The notes beneath the pieces were generated by a model. The model was not told where the DNA came from. It made no database searches and saw only the letters and a list, made by a program, of their open reading frames with translations. Below, piece after piece: positions 37,241-45,571 of a stretch of 64,000 nt of DNA (position 1 is its first letter; each line of letters opens with the position of its first letter). Where the stretch lies: NCBI GenBank assembly GCA_965221775.1, contig CBDCSU010000006.1:1760001-1824000 (forward strand), given 5' to 3'. The DNA is from Candidatus Latescibacterota bacterium. GTDB lineage: Bacteria > Latescibacterota > UBA2968 > UBA8231. The translations under genes and the position numbers were made by a program.

Positions 37241-39139
37241 TCACTCCGTTCCTCCGGACAGCACGCGGTCGTACTCGGTCGGATCCCGCAGCAGCGTCAC
37301 GGCCGCCCTCACTTGGGGATCGTCTTTCAGGGCGACGATGAGGCTCTCCTTGCGCCCCTCGACACGCAGGGCCAGCTCGCGCCGCAACTCGGACCGCAGG
37401 TAGCCCTCGAGGTCCGCCGACAGGGGATCGGTCCCTTCCTGGCGCCGGACGGTCGATTCGAGGCTGTCGATCCGCGCCCGGACGGCCCCGTCCCATCCGG
37501 ACTCGTCCGCCAACCGCCTCAGCCCCTCCAAGGCCCGGTGGAGCTTCCGGCCGCGGGCGACCCCGGCGGCCGAGCCGGGCAGGTACTCGCGGAAGGCAGC
37601 CATCATCGCGTCGTCCACCTCCGGTGGGAGTGGGTCCCCGCCCTCTCCCGTCCGGCCCACATAGTCCACCACGAAGTCGAAGAAAACCCGGTGGCGACGC
37701 AACTCCTGGACATACGGCGGCGGGACCACCCCCTCGACGACGAGATCCGGCTCGATTCCTCCGCTGCCGTAGACCAGCCTGCCCCCGTTCGTCCTGAAGG
37801 AAGCGCTGTCCGCACCCGTGTTGTCCGATCTTGGGGTTCCCCGGCCGGCGAGGTCTCCCAGAGTTGTCCGGAGGATCTGCTCGGGTAGTTTGCCGTCCAG
37901 CTCGAACCGGGCCCGCAAGCGATCTCCTGCGACATCGACGTCAGGGGAGGAGAGCACCACGGACAGCAACTGGCCGCCCGGCAGACTGACGTCTCCGAAG
38001 GGGACCTGCTGCAGCAGACCCGGCAGGGCGAGAGATTCCCGGTGGATGCTGCGCCCGCTCGGGGTGAAATACAGGGCCGTGGTGAGTTTCAGGGCAGCGC
38101 GATCCTCGTCCCGAAGATCGAAAATCGTCTGGACGGATCCCTTGCCGAAAGATGTCGTCCCCACCACAAGGCCGCGGTCGTTGTCCTGCACCGCACCGGC
38201 GACAATCTCCGCGGCGCTCGCGCTCCCCCCGTCGATCAGGATGACGAGCGGCAGATGCGGTGACGGGGGCCGACGCTCCGAGCGCTTGGTCTCCTCGCGC
38301 CGGCCGGAGCGCTCGCGGACGGAGACGATCGGGGCCCCTCTCGGAAGGAACAGGTCCGCCACTTCCGCTGCCTGGCTCAGCAGTCCTCCGGGGTTTCCCC
38401 GGAGATCCAGGATGAGGCCCTTCACGTCGAGGGCGAATATCCGCTCCAGGGCGGCTTCCATCTCCGCCGACGTCTCCTCCGAGAACCGGGTCTGGCGCAT
38501 GCTGATGTAACCGATCCCCGGCAGGATCTCCTCGGCGACCGCGACGCTGCGGATCTGGATCATCTCACGGACGATGACCAAATCCCAGTTTTGGAGCACC
38601 CCCCGCCGGTCGACGGTGATCCGTACCGAGGTTCCCGGCTCTCCGCGCAGGTCGGTGACCACTTGCTCCAACGAGCGCCCGAAGGTCTCCCTGCCTTCGA
38701 TTGCCACGATCAGATCACCAGGCAGCAGCCCTGCCCGGTCGGCCGGGGTGCCCTCGATAGGGGCGATCACCACCGGGGTCCGATCCTTGATGCCAACCGT
38801 GATCCCCAGACCGGCGAATCGCCCCGTTGTATCCTGGCGGAGCTGTCGCAAGCCCTCCTCGTCGAAGTACTGGGTATAGGGGTCCAGTTGCCGCAGCATC
38901 CCTTCGATGGCGGCCCTCATGATGGCATCGTGATCCACGGGATCGTAATAGTGCTCGATCACCCGCGCGTACACCGATCCGAAGCGGTCCCAGCTGTCAT
39001 TCAGGGATTCGTAGCGGTCATCCGGCTCACAATTGGCCGGTGGTATATGGCCGATCAGCGCCGCAATTGCGGTCGTTAGTGGAGTCAGTCTCCAGATCCC
39101 CGGGCGCTCTGAGGTTCTCATATCGTCGATTCGGCTCAT
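37241..39139 (-). CDS. S41 family carboxy-terminal processing protease (CtpA-like)
   Basis: LDPYT, PDZ GLGI, LDLRGNPGGLL, SASAAEIVAGAVQD, TSFGKGSVQ, YFTPSGRSI, GGIEPD. ATGA overlap with the tmk stop. Confidence 0.92.
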   Translation of the reverse strand: MSRIDDMRTSERPGIWRLTPLTTAIAALIGHIPPANCEPDDRYESLNDSWDRFGSVYARVIEHYYDPVDHDAIMRAAIEGMLRQLDPYTQYFDEEGLRQLRQDTTGRFAGLGITVGIKDRTPVVIAPIEGTPADRAGLLPGDLIVAIEGRETFGRSLEQVVTDLRGEPGTSVRITVDRRGVLQNWDLVIVREMIQIRSVAVAEEILPGIGYISMRQTRFSEETSAEMEAALERIFALDVKGLILDLRGNPGGLLSQAAEVADLFLPRGAPIVSVRERSGRREETKRSERRPPSPHLPLVILIDGGSASAAEIVAGAVQDNDRGLVVGTTSFGKGSVQTIFDLRDEDRAALKLTTALYFTPSGRSIHRESLALPGLLQQVPFGDVSLPGGQLLSVVLSSPDVDVAGDRLRARFELDGKLPEQILRTTLGDLAGRGTPRSDNTGADSASFRTNGGRLVYGSGGIEPDLVVEGVVPPPYVQELRRHRVFFDFVVDYVGRTGEGGDPLPPEVDDAMMAAFREYLPGSAAGVARGRKLHRALEGLRRLADESGWDGAVRARIDSLESTVRRQEGTDPLSADLEGYLRSELRRELALRVEGRKESLIVALKDDPQVRAAVTLLRDPTEYDRVLSGGTE

Positions 39140-39777
39140 CGGTAGGGGAAGTTCCGAAAACGGCCCCGGAGACACCGCTCGATGGAGGCCGCCACCTCCT
39201 GGACCCCGGGACTGGCGTTGAAGAGGAAGCACCGATCCGGGTCCTTCCCCGCCAACTGGCGGTAGGCGAGGCCGACACGCTTCTGCAAGGCCTCGCCCGC
39301 AGCCTCGATCCTGTCCCCGTCCTCCCCTCGGTGGCCCCTCCGCCGACGGGCCTGCTCCAGGGAAAGGTCCAGGAAGATGGTGGCATCCGCCTCCCGTCCG
39401 CGTGTTGCTACCTCGTTGACAGCCGACACGAGCTCGGGCCCGAGCCCTCTCCCCGCCCCCTGATAGGCAAAGGAGGATGCCGCATATCTATCGCTGATCA
39501 CCGGCTTCCCGGATGCCAGCGCCGGCTCGATCAACTCCTGCAGGTGCTGCCTCCGACTCGCCCCATAGAGGAGAAGCTCGGCCACGTCATCCAGCGCCTT
39601 CAATCCCGGGTCAAGAACCAGGGATCTGATTCGCTCCCCCGCCTCTGTGCCTCCCGGCTCCCGGGTCTGGACGATCTCGTGGCCCTCTGCGCGCAGCCGA
39701 TCGCACAGGATCTGGCACTGGGTGCTCGTGCCCGAACCGTCCGGTCCCTCGAAGACCACGAAGAGTGGCGACTTCAT
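39136..39777 (-). CDS. tmk: Thymidylate kinase
   Basis: FEGPDGSGTSTQ, TREPGGT, ELLLYGASR, DRYAASSFAYQG, DRIE. Confidence 0.94.
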   Translation of the reverse strand: MKSPLFVVFEGPDGSGTSTQCQILCDRLRAEGHEIVQTREPGGTEAGERIRSLVLDPGLKALDDVAELLLYGASRRQHLQELIEPALASGKPVISDRYAASSFAYQGAGRGLGPELVSAVNEVATRGREADATIFLDLSLEQARRRRGHRGEDGDRIEAAGEALQKRVGLAYRQLAGKDPDRCFLFNASPGVQEVAASIERCLRGRFRNFPYR

Positions 39778-39848
39778 GCTCTTGCGGAACGGCCGACAGG
39801 GGGTGAGATAGGGGCCAATCTGCGGCCCATAAGCGGGACGGACAGCCT

Positions 39849-40466
39849 TTACGGGCTCGGACTCGAATGCGATGGGGGAGATGAAGCCTTGAGCCTGTTC
39901 CGGATATGGGCGAGGCGCTCAATGACAGTATAGTTGGTCGTAACCGCGAGCAGAACAAGGACGAATGCGAGGCCTTCATGCCCCACCAGTCCGCCGGCCG
40001 CCAAGGCGACCAGGCGTTCCGGGCGCTGCATGAAACCAACCTTGCAGTCCTGTCCCAGCCCCTCGGCCCGGGCGCGCACATAGCTCACCATGAGCGATCC
40101 TGAGAGGGCGAAGAACAGGATGCCGCTCAGGACCCACTCGCCGCCGCGGACCAGATAGGCGCCGATACCGAAGTAGAGGAAGATCTCGGAGTAGCGGTCC
40201 GTCGTCGAGTCCAGCAAGGCACCGAACTTCGACTCGCTGCGCCCCTCCCTGGCCACCTGGCCGTCAAGGACGTCGCACAGTCCTGCCACCAGCATGATGG
40301 CAGCCCCCCAGCGCAACTGGCCCATGGCAAAGGCCGCAGTGGCGACCACGTTGAAGAACAGTCCGAGCATGGTGAGCCAGTCGGGGCGGCAGCCCAACCG
40401 GATGAAGAGCTGGGCCAATGGCCGAAGCGCGCGCCTGACGCCGGACTGGAGCTGCGAAACGATCAA
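39849..40466 (-). CDS. CDP-alcohol phosphatidyltransferase (PgsA/phosphatidylinositol-phosphate synthase-like)
   Basis: DVLDGQVAR..FGALLDSTTDR, MVSYVRARAEGLG, VGFMQRPER. Confidence 0.9.
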   Translation of the reverse strand: MIVSQLQSGVRRALRPLAQLFIRLGCRPDWLTMLGLFFNVVATAAFAMGQLRWGAAIMLVAGLCDVLDGQVAREGRSESKFGALLDSTTDRYSEIFLYFGIGAYLVRGGEWVLSGILFFALSGSLMVSYVRARAEGLGQDCKVGFMQRPERLVALAAGGLVGHEGLAFVLVLLAVTTNYTVIERLAHIRNRLKASSPPSHSSPSP

Positions 40467-40778
40467 GGGGGCAATTCGGTTAGCGAGTCAACTGTTGCGG
40501 ATAGGCGGATCTGAATATACACGCTGTCCACAGAGGGCGGCAAGGCGTGTTCGTCCACGATTGGTGATAGCCTTTGCGTCTCCGTGGGAAGAGCCTCCCC
40601 GATGGGTTTCCCCTTCCCTTGGCAGCGGAAGCTAGGGACGGCCAGCTAACAGGAAGGGTTGCATATGGATAGCACATCGCCCCGCCTGTGTTGTTTCGCT
40701 TGCGCTCTTGTGGATGATCGCGGGCTGTGCCTTTGAAGAGGCCCTGCTTTTCCACCGTGATTTCCACACCCGTTGGTC

Positions 40779-41417
40779 TCATGTGTGGGCAAACGGCTGC
40801 CAGAAGGTGTGCCGGGAGCAACTGGAGGGCCTCTGGCCGCATCGCCGCCCCGCTCGATGGACAGAGGCCGGGGGCAGCGTGACCAGCAGATAGCCATCCG
40901 GTGCCAAGACGTGGGCCACCAGAGTCGCAATCTTCTCCGGGTCCGCCACCGCCCGGGCGAGGACGACATCTGCTCGTACCCCCGGGCGCCAGTGCTCGAC
41001 CCGATCGTGGACGACCTCGGCGTTTTCTAGCGAGAGCTCCCGAGTCACGGCCCGGAGGAAGGAGGCTCTGCGGCGACGGCTCTCCACCAGCGTGAACCGG
41101 GATGCCGGAGAGGTGATCGCCAGAGGGATGCCGGGGAAACCGGCCCCCGCCCCCAAGTCAATCACGCTCCCGTGGCGCACCTTGAGAATGGATGGCCGGA
41201 GCCGGAGAGAGGGCACCACGTGCCTCTCCCAGACCGAGCCGCGGTCAGTTTCTGACACCAAGTTCAGCTTTTCGTTCCAGCGCCCGAGAATTCGGAGATA
41301 GTCCATCAGGCCAGCGGCCGCGGCCTCCAGGGCCCCGGGGGGCATGTCGGGGCACAGCTTCCCCAGAACCGCGAGGTCGCGGGCCTGTGCCGGCCTGCAA
41401 TCAGGCTCGAGGCACAT
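40779..41417 (-). CDS. rsmG: 16S rRNA m7G527 methyltransferase
   Basis: WNEKLNLVS, RHV..SL, DLGAGAGFPGIPLAI, LVESRRRRASFL, ARAV. Confidence 0.92.
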   Translation of the reverse strand: MCLEPDCRPAQARDLAVLGKLCPDMPPGALEAAAAGLMDYLRILGRWNEKLNLVSETDRGSVWERHVVPSLRLRPSILKVRHGSVIDLGAGAGFPGIPLAITSPASRFTLVESRRRRASFLRAVTRELSLENAEVVHDRVEHWRPGVRADVVLARAVADPEKIATLVAHVLAPDGYLLVTLPPASVHRAGRRCGQRPSSCSRHTFWQPFAHT

Positions 41418-41463
41418 GGATCACACCAAAGGAGGGGCGGTCCTCTCCGTTCCCGACGAGGGT

Positions 41464-41479
41464 TGTTCCACGTGGAACG
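41464..41479. promoter_or_regulatory. parS centromere-like site 1
   Basis: TGTTCCACGTGGAACG, 15/16 match to the TGTTNCACGTGNAACA palindrome, about 5.5 kb from oriC. Confidence 0.88.
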
Positions 41480-41512
41480 CTACCGAGAGCGTCGACGGAA
41501 GACCACCGTGAG

Positions 41513-41528
41513 TGTTCCACATGGAACG
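41513..41528. promoter_or_regulatory. parS centromere-like site 2
   Basis: TGTTCCACATGGAACG, 14/16 match, starting 49 bp after site 1. Confidence 0.8.
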
Positions 41529-41541
41529 TCCTCCGGCAACT

Positions 41542-42906
41542 CTACTTGCCGATGCAGAATTCGAGGAAGATCCTGTCGAGCACATCGTCGTCCACTGATT
41601 CGCCCAGCAACTCGCCCACCAGGCGCAGGGCCTCCCCGAGGCTTGCCGCTGCCAGCTCGGGGCTGCCTGCCGATAGATCCCTGCGGGCCATGTCGGCCGA
41701 TGCCACCACGCGAGTCAGGGCCTCGTGGTGGCGCTCCCTCAACAGCGCCGGCCCATCTGGGTGATCTCGCGTTGGAAGGGCAGACAGGATCCGTTCCCTG
41801 AGCTCCGGGAGGCCGTCTCCCCTGTGTGCGGAGACCCAGAGGGCATCTGCCCCATGAGGAAGTCTCGCCGCACGAGGCAGATCCGCCTTGCTTACCACCG
41901 CTACTGTTGCCCTCCAACAAGGGTTGCCAATCTCGTCCTCCTGAATCCTGCGGTCCCCGGAGCCGTCTACGACCGCAACCACCACGTCAGCATCCGCCGC
42001 CTGCTGGCCGGATCTCCTTACGGCCGCGGCCTCGACTCGGTCCGCTCCTTCGCGAAGTCCCGCCGTATCGACCAGGCGGATGGGCTCGCCCTCCCAGATG
42101 AGGGCAGCCTCCACCCAGTCGCGTGTGGTGCCGGGCTCGGCGGCGACAATGGACCGGTCTTCGCCCAGTAGTGCATTCAGCAAGGACGACTTGCCTGCAT
42201 TTGGGCGCCCTGCGATCACCACCTTCCAGCCGTCCCGCCGACGGCGGACTCCTTCGAAGGTCTGCATCAACTCCCGGGCCTCGTCGATTGCACGGGACAC
42301 GATGCCGTCGACCTCACCCAGCTCCTCCTGGCCGATGTCTTCGACGAAGTCCAGCTGTGCCTCGAGTTGCACCAATGCGCCGGCCAACTGCTTCCGCAAG
42401 GAACGGACGGCCTCGGTCAGGCGGCCCGAGACGGCTCCGTACGCGGCCTGCATACCGCTCCGGCTGCCCGCGTGGATGAGTTCGACGACCGCCTCGGCCT
42501 GCAGCAGATCGATTCGCCCGTTGGTGAAGGCCCGCCGTGTGAACTCCCCGGGGCCGGCAATCCTGGCACCATGGTGGATGGCCGAGTCCAGCACGAGTTC
42601 GAGTAGGGCGTCGCTGCCGTGGGTCGTGATCTCGACCGTATCCTCGCCCGTGTAGGATTTCGGTCCTTTCAGATACCACGCCATCGCCGTATCCAAGGGC
42701 TCCCGGCGACGGTCCACCACGCGGCCGTACTGAACGTAGCGCGGCCTCCCAAGTGGTGGCCGAGAGACGAAGATGCTCGTCCCGATCGCCAAGGCACGGC
42801 TGCCACTCAGTCGCAGCAGTGCGACGCCGCCGGCCCCCCGGGGCGTGGAGACTGCAACGATTGTCGATGAATCTGGCAGCGCGGCCTGCTTGCCGCCGAG
42901 GACCAC
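41542..42906 (-). CDS. mnmE: tRNA modification GTPase MnmE/TrmE
   Basis: TIVAVSTP.G.GGVALLRLSG, SYTGEDTVEI..HG, GRPNAGKSSLLN, GTTRD, DTAGLR, C-terminal FCIGK. GTG start is inferred. Confidence 0.95.
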   Translation of the reverse strand: MVLGGKQAALPDSSTIVAVSTPRGAGGVALLRLSGSRALAIGTSIFVSRPPLGRPRYVQYGRVVDRRREPLDTAMAWYLKGPKSYTGEDTVEITTHGSDALLELVLDSAIHHGARIAGPGEFTRRAFTNGRIDLLQAEAVVELIHAGSRSGMQAAYGAVSGRLTEAVRSLRKQLAGALVQLEAQLDFVEDIGQEELGEVDGIVSRAIDEARELMQTFEGVRRRRDGWKVVIAGRPNAGKSSLLNALLGEDRSIVAAEPGTTRDWVEAALIWEGEPIRLVDTAGLREGADRVEAAAVRRSGQQAADADVVVAVVDGSGDRRIQEDEIGNPCWRATVAVVSKADLPRAARLPHGADALWVSAHRGDGLPELRERILSALPTRDHPDGPALLRERHHEALTRVVASADMARRDLSAGSPELAAASLGEALRLVGELLGESVDDDVLDRIFLEFCIGK

Positions 42907-42911
42907 CCCGG

Positions 42912-44621
42912 TCAGCTTCGGGCAGGGACGGTGGATGCGCCCCCTTGCTTCTGCTGCTTCAGATAGTTTGTGAGGTACTGCTGGGCGATCTGAAGCACGT
43001 TGAAGACCGTCCAGTAGAGGACGAGGCCCGAGGAGAAGCTCCACATGATGAAGACCATGACTACGGGCATCACGTAGACGAGGGCTGCCTGCTTGGGGTC
43101 CTTCATCGTCATCTTGGACTGGAAGAACATGGCCGCCGACATCAGCAGGGGCAGCACGTGCAGATCGAAGCCCCCGAGGGTGATGGTGTCGGGGAGCGAC
43201 AGGTCGTCCACCCACAGGATCCATGGTGTCTGGCGCAACTGGATGGCACTGGAAAACACCTGGTACAGAGCGATGAAAATCGGCATCTGGAGGAGCAGGG
43301 GCAGACACCCGCCGAGAGGATTCACGCCCTCCTCCCGGTAGAGCTTCATGGTCTCCTGGCTCAGTTTCTGATTGTTGTTCTTGTACTTCTCCCTGAGGGC
43401 TGCGATCTTGGGCTGCAGCTCCTGCATCCGCGCGGCCGACTCATACGACTTGTGGGTCAGGGGGTATACGAGGATCTTGACAACCACGCCGAATGCAACG
43501 ATGACCCAGCCATAGTTGGGGATGATGGCATACGCTGCAACGAACAGGGTGAGCAGGACGGTTGCGATCTGACGCACCACCGGGAATCCCAGATCCATGG
43601 CACGGTCGAAGTCGCGGTCGTAGCGGCCCACTTGCTCGAGATCCAGAGGACCCAGGTAGACCAGGAGTCGCCAGACTCCATCTTCGATGTCGCCCCAGCG
43701 TGTGCCGAGGGTAAATCCGTAATCCCTGTAGGGTGGCTGGGTGTTTGGCGCTCCATAGAGGGTTACACGGTGCCGGGCATCCGAATCTGGGGCCAGAGCA
43801 CACAGGAAGTACTTGCTGCGGACCCCGACCCACCCGACGCTGCCTCGCTCGCTATCCGAGTCCTCCTCGTCTTCATCCACCTGCACGTCGTAGAGACTCT
43901 CATTGATGTAGGCGAGAGCCTTCATCCTCTGCAGGTCGAGATCGGGGTCGCGCTCGGCCAGGGCGATACCCCCGTGCCATGTTAGCCTCACGATGGAGTC
44001 GTTCGAAAACCCGTGGAGGGAGACTCCCGCCTGAAGCCCGTACTGATCGCCCCGCACGACAAGAACCTTCTCGACCGACCGACCATCATCCAACGCACAC
44101 CGCAGCCGTAGCCGACCCTCGCCGTCGGCGTCGACCCGAAGGCGGTCCCGGTCGGGTTCGAAGTGCCGGCTGGCCAAGTCGACCAGCACGTCCTCGGCGG
44201 CCTCGGGCTGGACGGTCACTCCCAGCCCTGCCCCCCCCGCGGGTACCAGTTCCAAGGGGCCGCCGCCGCCCTGCTTGTACTCCTTCAGCCGCGCCGACGC
44301 CAGCACGCCGCCGCGTGTGCTGAACGTCAGGTGCTGCAGGGGAGTCTCGACGGTTACATACCGTTCCGGCGGAAGCCGCGGCTCTCCGCCCGGGCCCCCG
44401 AGCGGCTCCGGGAGATCCTCGTCGGACGTGTCGTCAGGAGGATCCATCGGGGCCAGGGCGGGGACGGCGTGGGTCTTGTCCTCCCGAGGCTTTGCCTCAT
44501 CGCCTGGGCTTTCCGGGGCGGGCTCGGGCTCCGAGACACCAACCAACTGGTAATAGGCGGGCATCAACAGAAAAATCAGGCCCACCAGAACCATGGCGAT
44601 GATCGTGCGCTTGTCCTCCAT
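42912..44621 (-). CDS. yidC: Membrane protein insertase YidC (with periplasmic domain)
   Basis: NYGWVIV, MQELQPKI, GVNPLGGCLPLLLQMPIF, WVDDLS, SGLVLYW. Confidence 0.96.
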   Translation of the reverse strand: MEDKRTIIAMVLVGLIFLLMPAYYQLVGVSEPEPAPESPGDEAKPREDKTHAVPALAPMDPPDDTSDEDLPEPLGGPGGEPRLPPERYVTVETPLQHLTFSTRGGVLASARLKEYKQGGGGPLELVPAGGAGLGVTVQPEAAEDVLVDLASRHFEPDRDRLRVDADGEGRLRLRCALDDGRSVEKVLVVRGDQYGLQAGVSLHGFSNDSIVRLTWHGGIALAERDPDLDLQRMKALAYINESLYDVQVDEDEEDSDSERGSVGWVGVRSKYFLCALAPDSDARHRVTLYGAPNTQPPYRDYGFTLGTRWGDIEDGVWRLLVYLGPLDLEQVGRYDRDFDRAMDLGFPVVRQIATVLLTLFVAAYAIIPNYGWVIVAFGVVVKILVYPLTHKSYESAARMQELQPKIAALREKYKNNNQKLSQETMKLYREEGVNPLGGCLPLLLQMPIFIALYQVFSSAIQLRQTPWILWVDDLSLPDTITLGGFDLHVLPLLMSAAMFFQSKMTMKDPKQAALVYVMPVVMVFIMWSFSSGLVLYWTVFNVLQIAQQYLTNYLKQQKQGGASTVPARS

Positions 44622-44630
44622 CGGGACGCC

Positions 44631-44840
44631 TCAGTCCGCGGGGTCGTAGCCGGAGCCCCCCAGGGGGTGACAACGGCAAAGTCTGCCAACGGTCCGCCAG
44701 AGACCAGACCATGGACCATGACGACGGATGGACAGCAGCGCGTACTCCGAGCAGGTCGGGTGAAACCGGCAGTGGGGAGGCAGGAGCGGCGACAATAACA
44801 ATTGGTAGAGGCGAATTGCGCCCAAAAGGAGGACCTTCAT
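44631..44840 (-). CDS. yidD: Membrane protein insertion efficiency factor YidD
   Basis: [32 protein letters not shown]. Confidence 0.95.
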   Translation of the reverse strand: MKVLLLGAIRLYQLLLSPLLPPHCRFHPTCSEYALLSIRRHGPWSGLWRTVGRLCRCHPLGGSGYDPAD

Positions 44841-45118
44841 CTCTGGCCCTTGGGCTCGCCGTCGTCCAGACTCACCACGAGCCGTGCCAGTTCAGTGCGC
44901 AGCGCGGCAAAGGAAGACTGCGCCGCCAGCGGCTGAGCGAGGATCACCAAGCCTTCGGAGGCCGATGTTGGAAGATGTCGGCAGATATGGCGCAGGCGCC
45001 GCCGGAGCTTGTTGCGAAGGACGGCGGTTCCGAGGGATTTCCGCAGGACAAAGACCGGCCCGGAGGAGGGCGGCCGACCGCGGCGAATCCAGAGAAGGGA
45101 GCCCTTCGACCACGGCAT
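44837..45118 (-). CDS. rnpA: Ribonuclease P protein component (short, divergent)
   Basis: RNR-like motif [18 protein letters not shown], located between rpmH and yidD. Confidence 0.82.
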   Translation of the reverse strand: MPWSKGSLLWIRRGRPPSSGPVFVLRKSLGTAVLRNKLRRRLRHICRHLPTSASEGLVILAQPLAAQSSFAALRTELARLVVSLDDGEPKGQR

Positions 45119-45146
45119 CGGACGCGCCGTCCGGTGGCGGCACGAT

Positions 45147-45281
45147 TCAGACGGCCAGACGCTTGCGGCCCCGCCTCCGACGACGCGCCAGAATGGACCG
45201 TCCGGCGGGTGTGCGCATACGCTTTCGAAAGCCGTGCTTGTTCCTGCGCCGCCGACGGCTCGGCTGATATGTTCGCTTCAA
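45147..45281 (-). CDS. rpmH: 50S ribosomal protein L34 (absent from the ORF track)
   Basis: Manual translation from TTG: [44 protein letters not shown]. Confidence 0.97.
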   Translation of the reverse strand: MKRTYQPSRRRRRNKHGFRKRMRTPAGRSILARRRRRGRKRLAV

Positions 45282-45341
45282 GAGTTACAGGACCCCGGAA
45301 GTGTCGTGGGTGGCTCCGGTTTATGACCGTCAAGCTGGATT

Positions 45342-45370
45342 AAGCTAGGATCCACTCCTGGATCTGTCAA
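45342..45370 (-). promoter_or_regulatory. sigma70-type promoter for rpmH-rnpA-yidD-yidC
   Basis: TTGACA-N17-TAGCTT on the minus strand. Confidence 0.65.
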
Positions 45371-45427
45371 TTCTACCCGGGTATCCGAGGGCAACGGACC
45401 GATCCTCTCCCGGATGCGGGTGGGTCC

Positions 45428-45456
45428 TTGACGTATCCTTGACCGGGGGCTACTCT
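45428..45456 (+). promoter_or_regulatory. sigma70-type promoter for dnaA
   Basis: TTGACG-N17-TACTCT. Confidence 0.6.
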
Positions 45457-45571
45457 ATCGCCCCTTTTTCGGGATTGAACGGCGCGGTGTTCCGAGCCGG
45501 TCCTAGACGCACGCTGATGCGGCTGCAGTCCGGGAACTCGGCCGCATCAACTCCCTCTCGGTCGACTCCCC

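Noticed and set aside
40480-41030. Short ORFs in the gap between the PgsA-like gene and rsmG
   Set aside because: No recognisable motifs, atypical codon use and overlap with rsmG. No ParA or ParB remnant is visible.
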